This document shows, piece by piece, positions 61,848-64,000 of a DNA stretch of 64,000 bases. The position numbers and the translations under genes were made by a program. Each line of letters begins with the position of its first letter. The stretch's first letter is position 1. This DNA comes from Limnochordia bacterium (GTDB lineage: Bacteria > Bacillota > Limnochordia > DTU080): NCBI GenBank assembly GCA_050951545.1, contig JBMNJG010000007.1, forward strand, positions 576,001-640,000. Direction: 5' to 3'. The notes under the pieces are model-generated. The model ran no database searches, was not told the DNA's origin, and worked only from the letters and a program-made list of their open reading frames with translations.

Positions 61848-62639
61848 GTGGCCACATACGAAGAGTGGGGGAGCATCCGGGCGTGGCGAGAGGGCTGGAT
61901 CACATACTTGCCAAGCTGGGCGGCCTATCTCGCGGCGGCGATGGCGGCAGTCTTGGTACTGCTTACACCTGTAGGTGCGCGTTATGTTGTGGCGGTTATC
62001 GCGGTCGTCGGTGAAGTCATTGCTTCGAACTTCACCTACTGGGGTGGTCCACTGATATATGCCGCTCACCTTTTCTCGGTGGGCTATGTGAGGCTGATAT
62101 GGCCGTTCTTGCTCGCTGCTGTTCCTGCAGGGCTAGTGCTGGGGTATCTACGGAGAAGGTTTGGTTTTCGCTACCGGCACATACCGTGGCATCCATACGA
62201 GGCACGTGTTCGTCTGCCGTGGCCATTGCATGGCATGATCCTCTACGCGTCAGGTCCGCTCCTTCTCTATGCCATGGCTCTTTACGTAGACCGCAGGGTC
62301 TATGTGCGGCTGCTGGCAGGGCACTTCATGTTTTGGGCTACTTCAGGAGTGCTGGCCAAGATCCTATGGGAGGCTTTCACCGACCTGATACTAATCGTTG
62401 GTGCCAAGTCGGGTCTTTGGCCAGAGCCCCAACGGAAGCTCGACGCCGAGTACCAGATACGTCGATTGCTTGACGGGTATGCCGAACTGAGCACGATGCG
62501 CGTGAGGGATATCAATGTCGATCGAGCAGGCCGCGCGGTTGTCACAGGGGTGATGACACCTGCTCAGAAGCGGCGTCTTCAGGAACTGCTCGAGCATCAT
62601 TTGGCAGGTATAGTCAGCTTGGAGATCATAGCTGTCTGA
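61848..62639 (+). CDS. Hypothetical membrane protein with a possible BON-like C-terminal domain
   Basis: About five TM segments, then IRRLL..RDINVD..GRAVVTG. AGGAGG RBS. Confidence 0.6.
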   Translation: MATYEEWGSIRAWREGWITYLPSWAAYLAAAMAAVLVLLTPVGARYVVAVIAVVGEVIASNFTYWGGPLIYAAHLFSVGYVRLIWPFLLAAVPAGLVLGYLRRRFGFRYRHIPWHPYEARVRLPWPLHGMILYASGPLLLYAMALYVDRRVYVRLLAGHFMFWATSGVLAKILWEAFTDLILIVGAKSGLWPEPQRKLDAEYQIRRLLDGYAELSTMRVRDINVDRAGRAVVTGVMTPAQKRRLQELLEHHLAGIVSLEIIAV

Positions 62640-62769
62640 GCGTCTCTCAAACCTACCTGTACCCAACCCAGTACCTCTTCCGACGAGCCACCCGAACGCA
62701 GTGTCCTCGAAGGAACCTCTCCGACTTCAGCGAAGCGTAGCGACAATGTCTCGCGCAGGAGGCTCATCT

Positions 62770-64000
62770 ATGGATTGGTTGTTGCTCGGTCGACATATGC
62801 TACTTTCACTGTTGATAGTTGTGGTCATGCTCTTTGCACTCCCTATGGCCCAAGCTTGGGCGGCAGAGCAGGCTTGGACGGTGCACCGCACAGCGGATGG
62901 TTTTCAGCTGGCTAGCGATGCTCTGACGCTGGAGATCGACACTGAACGAGCCACGTTGCGCAGTGTGGTGGTGGGTGACAGATCCATCGTTTGGGCGAAT
63001 ACCCAGCCGTTGCTGCAAGCCAGCTTGATCGAGAGTCAGCGTTACGATCAGCGTACAGACTATATGCCCGATGGTCGTGACCTGGCGGGGACGTTCGTGC
63101 CAGGGCACGTCGAGTACGCCATCGACGGTGAGAAGGCAGTGGTGCTCATCAAGGGTGCGCTGCGTTTTTCGGGCGATGACGCGCTCGATTTCCAGCTGCG
63201 ACTGGTCGGGCGGGCTGGGGAACAGGCGCTACAAGCAGAGGTATGTCTTGATGCTCGTGGACCTTTCACCAATCGCTTTGTGCGAGACGTGAGTTTTCGC
63301 CTTCCTCTAGCCCTCAACCACCGCAAGAGGATTGCCCAGGGCGGTGACCAGGGCTTTACCTGGGACACGCGCTATTTCCACCAGTTCCACCTCAATACCA
63401 CTATGGGGCTGCTCGCTGAACCGGACACGAACGAGTGGCGCTTGTTTAGTGTCGACCAACGCACGCCAGTAGCGTACCAGATCTGGCGAGCGGAGAGCGA
63501 GACCACTGCTCCACTAGTCATGCAGCAGGGCGCCCAGGCTGCAGGCTGGACATCGATCTACGACGAACAAGGCGGCATGCTCTTCGCCTACCGGGATCTT
63601 GCTCGCTTGGCACCTAAGGCTTTGCGCGTTCAGGCTTGGGATCGGGGGGCGGCGCTGGTGATGCTGCATCCAGACTCCTCACGGGCTATCAGTCCCTATG
63701 GGCCGCAAGCGGCGCAGGTTTTGGGCGTGACACATAGCATCGATATGCTCTTTTTCACAGGAACATATGAGAGCGCACAGCCTACAGCACAACTTGCATC
63801 TCGCTGGGGCGAGTCCTCACTTGCGAGTGATCCTCCGATTCGCATTGAGCCTAAGTTCATGGTGGGGCACGATGCGTGGTTACCCAAGCAGATGAGCAGT
63901 GGTGACCTGGCGCCGTGGATCACGGGTGGCGTTGCTCTACCGCGCGGCCAGGTGCGTGATCCCTACGGCTTGCAGCTGTTTCGTGGGGCCCGGGCGCTGT
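62770..64000 (+). CDS. Large secreted protein, YetA/PcRGLX-like (runs off the window)
   Basis: ATG after GCAGGAGG, signal peptide (AWA), frame open to the window end, ITGGVALPRG motif. Not listed in the ORF track. Confidence 0.65.
   Translation, partial: MDWLLLGRHMLLSLLIVVVMLFALPMAQAWAAEQAWTVHRTADGFQLASDALTLEIDTERATLRSVVVGDRSIVWANTQPLLQASLIESQRYDQRTDYMPDGRDLAGTFVPGHVEYAIDGEKAVVLIKGALRFSGDDALDFQLRLVGRAGEQALQAEVCLDARGPFTNRFVRDVSFRLPLALNHRKRIAQGGDQGFTWDTRYFHQFHLNTTMGLLAEPDTNEWRLFSVDQRTPVAYQIWRAESETTAPLVMQQGAQAAGWTSIYDEQGGMLFAYRDLARLAPKALRVQAWDRGAALVMLHPDSSRAISPYGPQAAQVLGVTHSIDMLFFTGTYESAQPTAQLASRWGESSLASDPPIRIEPKFMVGHDAWLPKQMSSGDLAPWITGGVALPRGQVRDPYGLQLFRGARAL

Noticed and set aside
1-64000. 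rRNA, tRNA, prophage or CRISPR loci
   Set aside because: No recognisable signatures seen by eye.

Overview
GC-rich bacterial window (about 58-60% by eye) that looks like a sugar-scavenging Firmicutes-type genome. The lipobox-free binding proteins suggest a diderm, Limnochordia-like lineage (inference). It holds about 12 stand-alone family-1 ABC solute-binding protein genes with no permease or ATPase. It also carries carbohydrate-active and other hydrolases, a serpin, a rearranged Rhs toxin/immunity remnant, several IS remnants (IS256, two IS3-family, ISLre2, an IS1595-derived ORF), a HEPN-MNT toxin-antitoxin pair and many pseudogenes. The stand-out is a two-gene operon on the minus strand: an ECF sigma factor (36374-36988) followed 18 nt later by an intact 1005-aa single-chain miniature RNA polymerase (33338-36355). 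The polymerase strings together the conserved cores of RpoB and then RpoC in order and keeps the DFDGD active site and the sigma-binding clamp helices. It lacks the beta flap, most lobes and apparently the trigger loop. An ECF-type promoter sits just upstream, suggesting a self-contained, possibly orthogonal transcription system. All homology calls come from motif recognition by eye; no searches were run. No rRNA, tRNA or CRISPR array was seen.
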